This document shows, piece after piece, positions 1 to 12,005 of a stretch of DNA of 42,363 nt; position 1 is the stretch's first letter; each line of letters opens with the position of its first letter. Origin of the DNA: Octopus bimaculoides (taxonomy: Eukaryota); contig NC_068997.1 in NCBI RefSeq assembly GCF_001194135.2, positions 39,011,334-39,053,696 on the forward strand. The letters are read 5' to 3'. The notes under the pieces are model-generated. The model had not been told where the DNA came from. It saw nothing but the letters and a program-made list of their open reading frames with translations, and did no database searches. Made by a program: the position numbers and the translations under genes.

Positions 1-79
1 TATATATATATATATATGTAAACGAGTAGGAGTAGGGATTTGAAATGCGGACAGAACCCTTATTGGCATTCGGAGGAAA

Positions 80-670
80 TCCAGGCTACATAGGAAGATA
101 CAGAACATTGAGAATCGTTTAAAATAAACAATTAAACTGTTCTCCTTTCGATTAGTTCGCCCACAATTCACTTCAATGGATTTCTTGAAAAATACAGAGA
201 ATATAGTTAAAACATGAAAATGAAGAATGAAGAATAATACATCTTCAAAATTAATTTTCCTCATATTACATTCTGGCACGTATTTCCACTGGATGGTTTT
301 TGATATAATAGTTTTGTGCATGTTGTTGATTTACATTAAATCGATTATAATACACGATCACATCTAAAGGTAGACACTCACATACAGCTTAAATCGAGGT
401 GTTTCCCATACGAATGGGTGAAGCGAACTGAATACCAGACAGCTTATAGGTCAATACAGTGTCCTGTCCGTGTTAGTAGTGCTATTCAATCACTTTTAAA
501 GTTATCTCCATAAGATTTTCTATAGAAACTAGAGCCAGCACTGAAAGTTACAACGTTTCGTATACGAACACGTTTATGTAAACAATGCAGCTTTTCGTGG
601 ATGGTTGACGACAGGTTGGATGTGAAACTGAAGAAGGAACAAGAGCTCCTGAAATATGTTTAGACACGCA
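80..670 (+). mobile_element. Possible highly decayed 3' end of a Penelope-like element (GIY-YIG remnant ending in a hammerhead motif)
   Basis: TAC ATA GGA AGA (YIGR) at ~87-98, followed by frameshifted sequence loosely resembling a PLE GIY-YIG domain. A hammerhead-like motif sits at 628-660. The homology is weak. Confidence 0.3.
622..667 (+). ncRNA. Decayed minimal type-I hammerhead ribozyme motif
   Basis: CTGAAGA (628-634), stem II AGGAaC-aaga-GcTCCT (5 of 6 bp), GAAA (651-654), TATG-TT. Stem I is poorly paired. Confidence 0.45.
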
Positions 671-2341
671 TCACCTATTTTTCTATCTTCGATCGTATTG
701 TTTACGTAGACATATTTGCATACGAATCACTGTAACTTCTAGTACTTGCTCTAGGTCCTATAGAAAATCTGTACATACACAAATATATGTATATACATAC
801 ACACATTTATGTATGTAAACACTATATATTATTGTTTGTTACTATGTGATGCATTATTGCATGGTTTTATGCTGTGCAATATATATTGAAATATATAATT
901 GTATGGTTTGCTGTAATGTGATGTAATTTATTATAATGTAATATATATTTTTATAATGTGATATATATAACAAAATTTATTATGCTGCGTTATATAATTG
1001 TTTAGTTTGTGTTAAAAGTTTATGAAAATAATAACCACTATGACTGTTTTGACGCAAATATCAATGATATAGTTTGTAATCTTTAGCAGTTAACAGTATA
1101 GTTAATTATAATGTGATCTAATTGTTATAAAGACATTAACATATATTTCACATTATACACGTTATAAGTTGTTATTGTGTTATATACTGCATTATATTTG
1201 ATGATTCTGTTCTATTTTCATTTGTCTAAAGAGAAAAGTGCGCTGCACTCATCGTTTTTATTATGAGCCCATCCAGCTAGAAAAGTGTCATCAATAAGGA
1301 AATCCCAAATCAGTTTGGTAATATGTTTGAATAATAGTATACACAAAGGTATCGTGTGTTATCCTCAACTATGGTGTGACATATTTTGATACAATATCAT
1401 AAACACTAAGATTTCTATGTGAACTGTATCAAGAAACAATTTCACAGCTATCTTGGTTAGATATACAAGAATAGTGTATGATTTTTTGAATTCTGACTAG
1501 TTTGCTGGCTTTGCGTACCAGGAAATTAGAGTTGAAGGGGATCTGTTGTGCAATGACACAACGTAGAGCTTTGATTAGGCAGTGATCGGACGATTCTATA
1601 AAGATAGAAATTATGATAGCGGGATAAATGTTGAGAAAGAAGTCAAGAGTTGTTGTCGTTTGTGCCTATTCTCAGATTAGCCCTGGTTGTGCAAACCTAT
1701 AATAAAAAGCAATCTAGCCATGACCATCCCGTCTTTTCAAACATAGTTTATGTCATATTACAGTATCTAATATATCCTTCGCTTATTTGAAAATATGTTA
1801 TTTGTGATAGCCTAGACTGTCAATGCAAGCAAGTCGAGCAACCACGTTAGCTCGAAAAGTCAAGGATTTAGTGTGTAGATATGTCGATCAGAGATACAAT
1901 TTGGTGAGAAAAATATCACATTTACAGATATATGGAAAGCAATTACCAATCCGTAGCAGACCGAGTCTTTAGATTCTCCTCTAAGTGATCTCGCTTAATT
2001 CTCATGTTTTTATATAACTGTTAAGCTACTTGGAGCGACTAAATTTTATTGGAGTATAATGAAAGCAAAAAAGAAAAAAGAAAGAAAAAAAAAGAAAGAA
2101 AAATTGCGGATGAGAGTTGTCGGTCTTCTCAATGAAGCGTTTTAACGGAGTTCAATGGATTACATGAAAAGGAATTGTAATAATTATTCTTTATAGTATG
2201 ATATATATTAACAATATTATAGTTTGAAAAATGCACATAATGTTAGAGTAAACTAGTGGTGATAATTTACTACCGATCTATATTTATGGTAGGAATATAG
2301 ACAAGGATAACTGACAAATTTATTACTGTCTCATATATATT

Positions 2342-2537
2342 CGAGCGGGTGCTGAAAGTTCAGGCAGATCAGTAAAATATGATTTTATTTAAATATTCAA
2401 TATTCCCCTCTTAGATTCACACACTTATTGCAGTGGTCCTTCAGTTTTTCTTAGCCCTGCAAAAGAACTCGGAAGGTTTGTTCTCCAACTAGGCCTCTTG
2501 CGACACCCTTAAAGCCAGGAACATTTTTCCCGCCCTC

Positions 2538-2538
<1 letters not shown>
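2342..2538. mobile_element. Mariner-type MITE (internally deleted element, ~197 bp)
   Basis: Left end CGAGCGGGTGCTGAAAGTTCAGGC. The right end reverse-complements to CGAGGGCGGGAAAAATGTTCCTGGCTTT. This is a TA-CGAGGG mariner-type terminus, with TA at 2539-2540 running into (TA)n. Confidence 0.75.
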
Positions 2539-2573
<35 letters not shown>

Positions 2574-2826
2574 CTGTATAATAATAATATATTATTCTCC
2601 GATTTGAAGCTACAATTTATAAATACAAGCAAAAGACTGAAAAACGATGAGCTAACCCCACCCAAAATCGAACCCACAAATCAACATGGGTCCTTGCTAA
2701 CAGGGATCCTTGCGCATTCGATTGGGCCAAACGCTCACCCATCAATTTCAGCCAAATGTAGTTAATATGTACTTAAACTGCCTAATACTAAATATAATAT
2801 TTGTAGACAAACGCAGAAGGCTTTGT

Positions 2827-2955
2827 AAGTTATGGAGAGAAAGCTACTATGGAAGACTCATTTGTTTGTATTTATAAGTTGTCGCTTCAGATCGGAGAAT
2901 AAAATATTGTTATATATATTATAAGCCTTCTATAGTAGCTTTCTCTCCGTAACTT
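2827..2955. mobile_element. Small MITE (129 bp) with 32-bp terminal inverted repeats
   Basis: AAGTTATGGAGAGAAAGCTACTATGGAAGACT (2827-2858) pairs with AGCCTTCTATAGTAGCTTTCTCTCCGTAACTT (2924-2955) with 3 transition differences. The spacer is AT-rich. Confidence 0.8.
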
Positions 2956-2982
2956 TAATAGCAAATCACAGTAGTTGCTTCT

Positions 2983-3185
2983 GCAGAAACGTTAGCATGT
3001 CGGGCGAAATGGTTTGCGGTATTTCGCTTCTTTACATTCTGAGTTCAAATTCCGCAGAGGTCGACTTTACCTTTCATTCTTTCGGGGTCGATAAATTAAG
3101 TACCAGTTGCGTACTGGGGTCAATCTAATCGACTGCCCCACCTCCCCAAAACTTTCGGGCCTTGTGCCTAGAGTAGAAAAGAATA
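2983..3185 (+). mobile_element. SINE family B, near full length (tRNA-derived head, Meta-like core)
   Basis: Box-B-like GAGTTCAAATTCC, core TTTCATTCTTTCGGGGTCGATAAATTAAGTACCAG, tail GGCCTTGTGCCTAGAGTAGAAAAGAAT. Homologous to 4283-4490, 5995-6162, 21251-21459 and 32371-32431. Confidence 0.9.
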
Positions 3186-3739
3186 TATGCTTCTGCACCA
3201 GACACCAGCTTCTTCAAGTTGCTGAGTTTACATTTATACATCAGTATATAAGATTTTTCTTAAGAATTACTACACAATAAAATATTTTTTTAGCAACAGC
3301 TGTTTGTGGATGCTTCCTCAGGTTGGATGTGATCGTTTTTGCTGAAAAATATTNNNNNNNNNNNNNNNNNNNNNNNNNNNNNNNNNNNNNNNNNNNNNNN
3401 NNNNNNNNNNNNNNNNNNNNNNNNNNNNNNNNNNNNNNNNNNNNNNNNNNNNNNNNNNNNNNNNNNNNNNNNNNNNNNNNNNNNNNNNNNNNNNNNNNNN
3501 NNNNNNNNNNNNNNNNNNNNNNNNNNNNNNNNNNNNNNNNNNNNNNNNNNNNNNNNNNNNNNNNNNNNNNNNNNNNNNNNNNNNNNNNNNNNNNNNNNNN
3601 NNNNNNNNNNNNNNNNNNNNNNNNNNNNNNNNNNNNNNNNNNNNNNNNNNNNNNNNNNNNNNNNNNNNNNNNNNNNNNNNNNNNNNNNNNNNNNNNNNNN
3701 NNNNNNNNNNNNNNNNNNNNNNNNNNNNNNNNNNNNNNN

Positions 3740-3771
<32 letters not shown>

Positions 3772-4282
3772 TACATGTTTGTGTGTGTATATATGTGAGT
3801 GAGTGTGTGTATGTGTGTGTGTGTGTGCGTAAAGGTTATGGCTGTAATGATACCGAATGCCAATGATATTCCAGATTTTGATAACGATGGTCTCGGTTTG
3901 GCCACAGAAAGTGTAGAACCGTAGAAAATGACATAATTAACTTCGCAACATCAAAAAAAAAAAAAAAAAAAAAATTTCACTATCATTGGTCACCAGGAAA
4001 AAGGAACTGTAAAAGTCAACGACTGGAATTGAAATAGCTATTGTGATTAAGACGTTGTTTAGCAATTATATCCTCTATATAATTATATCCTCTATATAAT
4101 TATATCCAAATATCAGATGATTCTGATATTTGGTAGAGTTAAACTAAGTTTCTTATTATCAATATTTTCCCAAATCAACAAAGGTTTATGCCATGGCAGT
4201 GAAAAAAAGAAAAGAAAAAAAGAAGTCAAATCGAAAATGAGCCTCATATTTTTCTCTGATTTAGATTATAGATATTGGCTTC

Positions 4283-4490
4283 AAAGTTTGGCACAAGGCC
4301 AGCAATTTCGGGGGAGAGGTTTATCGCTTACATCGACCCAAGTGCTCAACTGGTACTTATTTTGTCGTTCCCCGAAAGGATGAAAGGCAAAGACGACCTC
4401 AGCGGAATTTGGACTCAGAACATAAAGACAGACGAAATGCTGCTGAGTATTTTGCCCAGCGTGCTAACGATTCTGCCAGCTCTTCGCTTT
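4283..4490 (-). mobile_element. SINE family B copy
   Basis: The reverse complement contains GCTGGCAGAATCGTTAGCACG, TTCTGAGTCCAAATTCCGC, GCCTTTCATCCTTTCGGGG and GGCCTTGTGCC. Confidence 0.88.
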
Positions 4491-5994
4491 AATTTGGATT
4501 ATAAATATTGTTAATAAAAAAAAAATATTAAAAAGATAGAATTTCTCTGATTCTCTATTACTATTCTGGTTATCAAGACTAAAGCTTGCTTTATATGATA
4601 CAATCATGTTCTTTTAAGAATTTAAGAAGAAATATGTAACCAATCAGCTCTGAACATTTACACCCAATCAAACTCTCGTTATTACGAGAGAAGAAAAAAG
4701 CTTTTCAATTTAAAAAGGACTCCAAAATACAGACTATGCACGTTGGTGTTAAATACTGTTAGCATTGAACATATTATTGCTATTGATCGGCATCAAATAC
4801 TGCATATTGGTTTATTGGTTTTTGATGCTGATGATGAAGTTTTTCTGTAAGTGATGAGGATGATAATACTGATGACGCTCATTTCTGTTCAAGAGTTAAT
4901 GTTAATTGTATTATGTACAGTTTGTTAATAAAGTATAATTAATAACTGCTAATTACTTAAGGACAGTTAATAACTGTTAATATTTCCAGCGTGGTCAATA
5001 ACGGCTAATTAATAAAGCTTAATTATTGCCGAACAATCAGCATCCGCTCATTATTTCAATATTACTGTAATGGCTGTTGTAAAGTACGCCAGATTAATAC
5101 ATCAACAAAACGTTGAAAATATCATCTAAATACTGCAGTGAATTGGTCGACTGAAGAGAGCTTTTCTATGTCCACTACAGAAATATAAAAGTACTGAACA
5201 CCCCTTAAAAGCACATCTTACCCTGTTTATTTCTCCAATATTCCTTATGTGTATCCTGTATTATGTATTATTTAAAGTAAAAGGATTAACGTTCTCTTTG
5301 AACAGTTGCAAGTCGACCATTGCAATTAAAAACATGTACAGAAAGAATTCCAGACGGTTAAAGTTCTGAAGACGAAGGCCAGACATGGTGGTTTGTGCGT
5401 TATCTGGATTTAATATTGGTGATGAGGGAAGGAGAGACACGTGAGTCAACTTAGCGTGGGTCGAGGACAAAAAACCAGTGAGATTCAGAGAGCCATTGTA
5501 GTAGCGATAGAAGGACAATTAACGGAGACAGTATATTTGTGGGACAAAAGTTGGGGGTGGTATATTAATGAAATATCTATGCTAATCAATAGAGTATCCT
5601 TTCCTTGCTCTAGAATGTGTGTAATAGCCAAACGCAGGTTAGTTGTAATTGGTCAAACTTATTTATCAAAGCTGGGAACATTCCATCTTTTATTTAATAT
5701 AGCCTTTCTGTTTTATTTTTATTCGACTACGATATGTTTTGAGTGAAAGTTGACTGTTATTTCTATCAGGTCAAGCAACCAAGTACAAGTTCGTTAGCTT
5801 GAATTTTGATGGTGCTCTTAAGTTTGGGTGACTTCTACAAGAGCATGGCGGAAGGGACTTACAAATCAATTTCACCTAATATGGTATACGTCCCTACGAT
5901 GATTGGGATGGAGATGATGATATGATGGTTGTGGTATGGGTAATGATATGATGGTAGTGATGTTAGTATGCTGGTGGTGGTAGTATTACCAAGA

Positions 5995-6162
5995 ATTCGT
6001 CCGTCTCTTATGTTCTGAGTTCAAATTTCACCGAGGCTAACTTTGCCTTTCATCCTTTCGGTGTCAATGAAATAAGTACCAGTGACATACGGAGGTCTAT
6101 GAAATCGACAAGAGACCCGCCTACAATTTTCTGGCCTTGTGCCTATAGCAGAAAGGATTATT
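5995..6162 (+). mobile_element. SINE family B copy, 5'-truncated
   Basis: TTCTGAGTTCAAATTTCACCGAGG...GCCTTTCATCCTTTCGG...AAGTACCAG...GGCCTTGTGCCTATAG. Confidence 0.85.
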
Positions 6163-6189
6163 AACACTGGTTGTATGAGTAACGGTTGT

Positions 6190-6400
6190 TGCTATTTTAG
6201 CCCGTGTTCAGCCCTCATTAAGCAGATAAATGATCAAAGACATTCCAGCCTTGACCATTCCATTTTTTTCTCTTATATATTATTACTTCAGGCATCCAGG
6301 ACTTCATTATGAAAAGTGCTTTATCTTCAAGACGTTATGGGGTAATCTTGGATGAGATTTAGCTGTTATTTCTTGCAGTTTGTGTGACTTCATAAAGACT
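6190..6400 (+). repeat. Unclassified dispersed repeat (family C), most complete local copy
   Basis: TGATCAAAGACATTCCAGCCTTGACCAT recurs at ~8026-8062 and ~1706-1745. GATTTAGCTGTTATTTCTTGCAG recurs at ~6735-6770 and ~7420-7450. Confidence 0.5.
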
Positions 6401-6549
6401 GCAGCGTGATCTCGATTTAGTGGCAGTTGCTTTCGTCATACCACGCTGATATCGGTGGTAGTTACTGTTACATTATGTTGGTATTAATTGTGGTTGTTTA
6501 TATACATCACTAGTACTATAATAGCAGGAATAAGTTGGCTTGTATAGCC

Positions 6550-6569
6550 GCAGCAGCAGCAGCAGTAGC

Positions 6570-6618
<49 letters not shown>

Positions 6619-6666
6619 ATAGTAGTAGTAGTAGTAATAGTAGTAGTAGTAGTAGTTGTTGTTGTT
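6550..6666. repeat. Compound trinucleotide microsatellite (GCA)n(GTA)n(GTT)n
   Basis: Directly visible. It explains the poly-L/T/V ORFs in the track. Confidence 0.97.
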
Positions 6667-7593
6667 GCTTGCACCAGTTCAACTCTGAGTAGACCTGCGA
6701 TCAACTGTAATCATTCTTTCTTAAGGCGATAGAAGGATATTTTACTGCTGTTTCTAGCAGGCTTGGCAATCCCCTCGTTGGCTATGCAGCAGCAGCAAGT
6801 TTAGTAGTAGTAGTCGTGGTGGTGGTGATGCTTTTTTTGTTGTTGTAATTGTTATTGTAGCGTCAACGGTATTAGCAGCAGCAGCAAGAGCAGTAGCAGC
6901 AGCTGTAGTAGAAGCAATACAACAGCAATAAGGCGCTATGTATATAAAATTTCAAACTACGCGTGAATCTGACTTAAAATTACAAAAGACACCCTCCTGG
7001 TTCTCTGGGCTCTGATGAGTCATGCTAACGTGTGTAATTAACGCTCTGTATACGCATATTTATGCCAGCGCACTCTTCTCTCTCTCCTCTGTATCCCTCT
7101 CACTCCCTCTCTAGCTATCTCTGTATCTATTTGTCTACCTCCATATCATTCTTTGTCACCCTTCCACATCCGTCTTTTAATTTAAGATTTATTGCCTACT
7201 ACTAATGTTGAGGCGGAGGGGCGGAGGGAACTGGTTATAATGTTGATTCCAGTGCTGTCGTTGATGAGAATTTTTTTTTCAACTCTAGATCAGCTCTATT
7301 CGAGTGGATATATTTACCAAATGCATTCTAGACGTGACCACCATACCTTTTTAGAGCTATGTTGGACTACATTGCTTGATATATAATCTTCTTTCTTAAG
7401 AGGGTAGGGAGAGTGATTTGAGAGAATTTGGCTACTACTTCCAGCATAACTAACAATCACGCAGAGGCTCTGGTGTTGAGTAGTTTCTGTTAATGTTTGA
7501 TTTTTAACGATAATAATAATAATATTATAATATTAATAATAGTAACTAATAATAGTGTTAATGATAATGTATTGTTTAAAAAATCATGAATTT

Positions 7594-7744
7594 TGTGGTC
7601 TGGGTTAAGAAGTTTGCTTCCCAACCACATGGTTTCAGGTTCAGTCCCACTGCCTCGCACCTTGTGCAAGCGTCTTCTACTATAGCCTCGGGCCGATCAA
7701 AATCTTGTGAGTGGATTTAGTTGACAGAAACTGAAAGAAGCCCG

Positions 7745-7780
<36 letters not shown>

Positions 7781-7958
7781 TTGTCCCTCAACACCGCTTA
7801 ACAAATGGTGTTGGTGTGTTTATGTTCCCATAACGTAGCTGCTCGGCAGAAAACCGATAAAATAAGTACTAGGCTTTAAAAAAGTCCTGGGGTTGATTTT
7901 TCGACTTTAAAGCCTTACCCCAGTATGGCCGCAGTCAAATGACTGAAACAAGTAAAAT
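7594..7958 (+). mobile_element. SINE family A, full-length composite copy (tRNA/CORE-like head, internal (GT)n, 3' module)
   Basis: Head GGTTCAGTCCCACTG...CACCTTGTGCAAG...GTGAGTGGATTT...GAAACTGAAAGAAGCCCGTCG, then (GT)n, then the 3' module CCGATAAAATAAGTACTAGG...CAGTATGGCCGCAGTCAAATGACTGAAACAAGTAAAA. Confidence 0.9.
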
Positions 7959-10900
7959 ATTAGAGATAAACGAAGTAAATGAAATAGAGGAAGGTTGGTG
8001 TAGGAAAACTTTATAAAGATAGATCTGTGATCAAAGATGTTCCAGCCTTGATCATCTCATCCACATCAACACACTTGGAGAGCTACACACACACATACAC
8101 ACTGTGATATAGCTTGGTAGCTATAATATACGAAATTACAAGTAGAACGCGGCTTTAGAGATTTTATTTCAAAGATACATTTCTCGATAAAATAAATTAT
8201 AATTATTACTAAATATAGGTATCGATCTGTCTTCCTCTCTCTCACCCTCTCTTTCTCATGCAAATTTTAACGAGTTTGTATTTCACCTCATTGAACAACG
8301 AACATGACATTATCCACACTCTTGACAATGTTCCAACCAAAGAAACTGAAGCGTTCTGCGAATGATAAAGCTCAGATGAATGATAACTTTGCTCCCGGAA
8401 TGAAAGTTTATCAGTAGAAACTTTTATATTGGTAGTAAGAGAGTATTTCAGTTTCTAGAGGTAGTTATTCAAGATGGTGATACATTAGACTAGGAAAAAT
8501 TGTCTTCACAAGCCATGCTCGAATCACTCTTAAATTCAAACTGCATGCATTGAACAAAATGTAAAAACTCTCCCTCTACGTCACCACTTAGCAAAGCATG
8601 GGAGCTCCAACAAAAAGATGTGCTCCTATGTATCTTTTCTGTCCCCTCAAAGAACCTTACTCCCCGCACTAGCTCCTGTAAACGCGAATAAAGTACTGAG
8701 AATGTAATACCCAAAGAATATGTACAACATAAACGAAACAAACAACTAAACACGACAAACCTAAACTGTAGAACTACACACACACACACGCACACACATA
8801 CACGCCCCCCCCCCACACGCACACACACACAAGTTAAAAACATATAATAAATGCACAAACAAACGGAAAATAGACACAGAAGATCATCACCTCATCAGTT
8901 ATTGGCCAGAAGGTCAAACGCAATTTCATGCCTTTAACGATAATATCGTTCCTTCTGGTGGTGCCAGCAACAAAAGGAAGCTGCCGCGAAATGGGACCAA
9001 AACATAACAACAAGAACGAACAAACAATAAATGTATAAACATGCAACATAGAAGTGGACATACGAATATGAATAAATGTCCTTCAAGACGAGACCATTAG
9101 NNNNNNNNNNTATATATATATATATATATGTACATACATGTACGTATATATGCATATACTCACATATTATTTGTATTATATATATATAGCAATAAAAGAT
9201 CTTCCTAGGAACCGACGAAAGCACCCCTGGGGATAAAACTCAATGATAAAATAGCAACAATAAGGAACAATAAAATAAAACTTGGCTATTGCAGACTGAA
9301 TTAAAACAGATCCAAACATTAACATTGCCAAGCTAAATGAAGAAATGTATGTTGTAGTCACTCTGCTCACAAAGGAAGTGGGTGCTCATGCAGATTCAGA
9401 GACAAGAATGCCAAAACAAAAACGAACAACATTGAAGATAATTTTTCAGAAAAAGATAGAAAATAAGAGAAACGATGATCACTCAATTCTTAATGAGATC
9501 CAAAACTAAATGGCATAACTAAAATACTATAGAAATATAAATAGAAAGTTGTGCCTAGAATCAAATAACTACTAAAACAAGAGATTCTTGATAAATCACA
9601 AAGAATCCGTTGGTATGAAAACGACAACAATTCTTTAAACAAAGGAAATAGTTCGATTCCTACCCAAAATGTTTCTGAAATCAACGCAGCACCAACAGCA
9701 AGAAAAGTAGAATAATTTGTGGGAGGAGTATAGATTGTAAAAGAATCGAGACAACCGTGGACATCTATAACACCAAAAATAACCTAGATACTGAAAAAAA
9801 GAAAGAAAAACAAAAAATAAAAAAACAATCTACAACAACAAAAAGCAAAACCCAAAAGGAAAACAATCAGCTGGAAGGCACAAAGACATAACAAGATCCG
9901 TAAAATCTGGCTAAAACATTTAACAGAGAAACAATGTGATGTAGAAAAGTTTAATGAGATACTGATAGAACCAGATGCAGCACCTGACAGGCTCATGGAA
10001 GGGAGAAATCATCTCTCTCTCAAAAACCTAAAATCCTCAGGCATTTAACACGTCTTCCTACAACATACAAAACCTTAACGGCAATAATGTCGCAGAAAGT
10101 AAGCTGGCATCTGGAAAAATACCTGTTTCCAGAAGAACGGAGGGGATGCTACAAAAGTTCATATGACTATAAGGCTTAACAAAGCAATAACCAATGACTC
10201 TCAAAAAGAAGAGTATGGACACGACTTAGATTGAATACCGGATGAGTTTCGATACGATTTTTCACAAATGAATCCTGAAAATGTTAGTCATGAATAAGGT
10301 AGCACCAATAATAAGGAGATTCTGGAAATAGGACATGAGCGTATGGCAAATAGCTTGCAGTGACAGACACAATGGAAACTGTAAAAACAAAACCCAAATC
10401 CATTAGAAGAGGAATATTCCAGAGGCACTGCCCTTTCCCTTTCCTTTTTATTCTGGGACTGACGTCTTTTACAGACATGTTAAACAGATCTGGATATAGA
10501 TAGAAATAATTTGATAAGCCAATTAACTATCTTTTACATATGGATGATCTCAAATTGTACGGAGAAAATAATAAACAACTCGAAACATTACTGCAGAAAA
10601 TACACTAATTTACGAAAGAAATAACTATGCGATTCAGTTTAGAAAAATATGCCAAAGCGACATTGAAGAGAGGAAAATTAAGAACACTAATATCATACTT
10701 GAAAAAGAAATGGGGATAAACGAATTAGACCAAAGACAGTCATACAAATACTTAGGAATCAATGAGCTCGAGAGTGTACAGCACACACAAGTGAAAGAAA
10801 AGCTTAGAATAATACTTAAAATAAGAGTTAAATGAAAAAAGGGAGAAAAAGGCATCAATAATCTAACTGCCTCATTAAGTTAATCTTAATATTTTTAATT

Positions 10901-11115
10901 GAGCACTAAACAAACTACACTAAACAAGAAAATAAAGAAAATAATGATTGCATTCAGAAAATACCATAGAAGATCAGATGTTAGAGACAATGTCTACTAC
11001 GGATTCAAGGCAGTAGGTGTTTCATGCAAATAGGAAACTATTGCAAAATATCCACCGTAGAATTACGAAAATAGCTGGAAAATTAATACTAATAACCATG
11101 AAACATGGACAGGCG

Positions 11116-11250
11116 CCAACCACATGGTTCCAGACTCAGTCCCACTGCATGGCATCTTGGGCAAGTGTCTTCTACTATAGCCTCGGGCCGACCAAAGCAT
11201 TGTGAGTGGATTTGGTAGATGGAAACTGAAAGAAGCCTGTCGTATATATA
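11116..11250 (+). mobile_element. SINE family A head inserted in the R4-like element
   Basis: CCAACCACATGGTTCCAGACTCAGTCCCACTG...TTGGGCAAGTGTCTTCTACTATAGCCTCGGGCCGACCAAAG...GAAAGAAGCCTGTCG, then (TA)n. Confidence 0.9.
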
Positions 11251-11303
11251 CATATAAAAAATATGTAGTTTTAGGGAAAATAACCAAGTTTCAAGAATTC
11301 ATC

Positions 11304-11505
11304 GATGAAAATCCACTATCACATATAGAAAAATTAACAATTAAAAGCACAATAAATGAGTATAATATAAAACAAAGTAAATATCATAAGATAAAGATAA
11401 TATTATTATTATCTTTATCTTATGATATTTACTTTGTTTTATATTATACTCATTTATTGTGCTTTTAATTGTTAATTTTTCTATATGTGATAGTGGATTT
11501 TCATC
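11304..11505. repeat. Perfect 202-bp palindrome abutting an assembly gap
   Basis: 11304-11402 is the exact reverse complement of 11407-11505, with a 4-nt centre (TTAT). Ns begin at 11506. Confidence 0.9.
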
Positions 11506-11863
11506 NNNNNNNNNNNNNNNNNNNNNNNNNNNNNNNNNNNNNNNNNNNNNNNNNNNNNNNNNNNNNNNNNNNNNNNNNNNNNNNNNNNNNNNNNNNNNNN
11601 NNNNNNNNNNNNNNNNNNNNNNNNNNNNNNNNNNNNNNNNNNNNNNNNNNNNNNNNNNNNNNNNNNNNNNNNNNNNNNNNNNNNNNNNNNNNNNNNNNNN
11701 NNNNNNNNNNNNNNNNNNNNNNNNNNNNNNNNNNNNNNNNNNNNNNNNNNNNNNNNNNNNNNNNNNNNNNNNNNNNNNNNNNNNNNNNNNNNNNNNNNNN
11801 NNNNNNNNNNNNNNNNNNNNNNNNNNNNNNNNNNNNNNNNNNNNNNNNNNNNNNNNNNNNNNN

Positions 11864-12005
11864 AGCGATTCGGCAAAACAGACCGATAGAATAAGTACTA
11901 GGCTTACAAAGTCTTGGGGTCGATTTGTTCGACTAAAAGCGGTGCTCCAGCATGGCCGCAGTCAAATGACTGAAACAAGTAAAAGAATAAAAGAATAAAA
12001 TAAAA
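11864..12005 (+). mobile_element. SINE family A 3' module
   Basis: GACCGATAGAATAAGTACTAGGCTTACAAAG...GGGGTCGATTTGTTCGACTAAAAGCGGTGCTCCAGCATGGCCGCAGTCAAATGACTGAAACAAG, with an (AATAAAAG)-like tail. Confidence 0.9.

Noticed and set aside
3293-3325. Minus-strand CTGAGGA...AAACAGCTGTT hammerhead-like motif
   Set aside because: The G of GAAA is missing, and stems I and II cannot be paired without assuming several mutations.
8891-8897. CTGATGAG on the minus strand (also CTGATGA at 7015, 23233, 30631 and within the 38250 foldback)
   Set aside because: No correctly placed GAAA and stems, or the motif lies within TE coding sequence.
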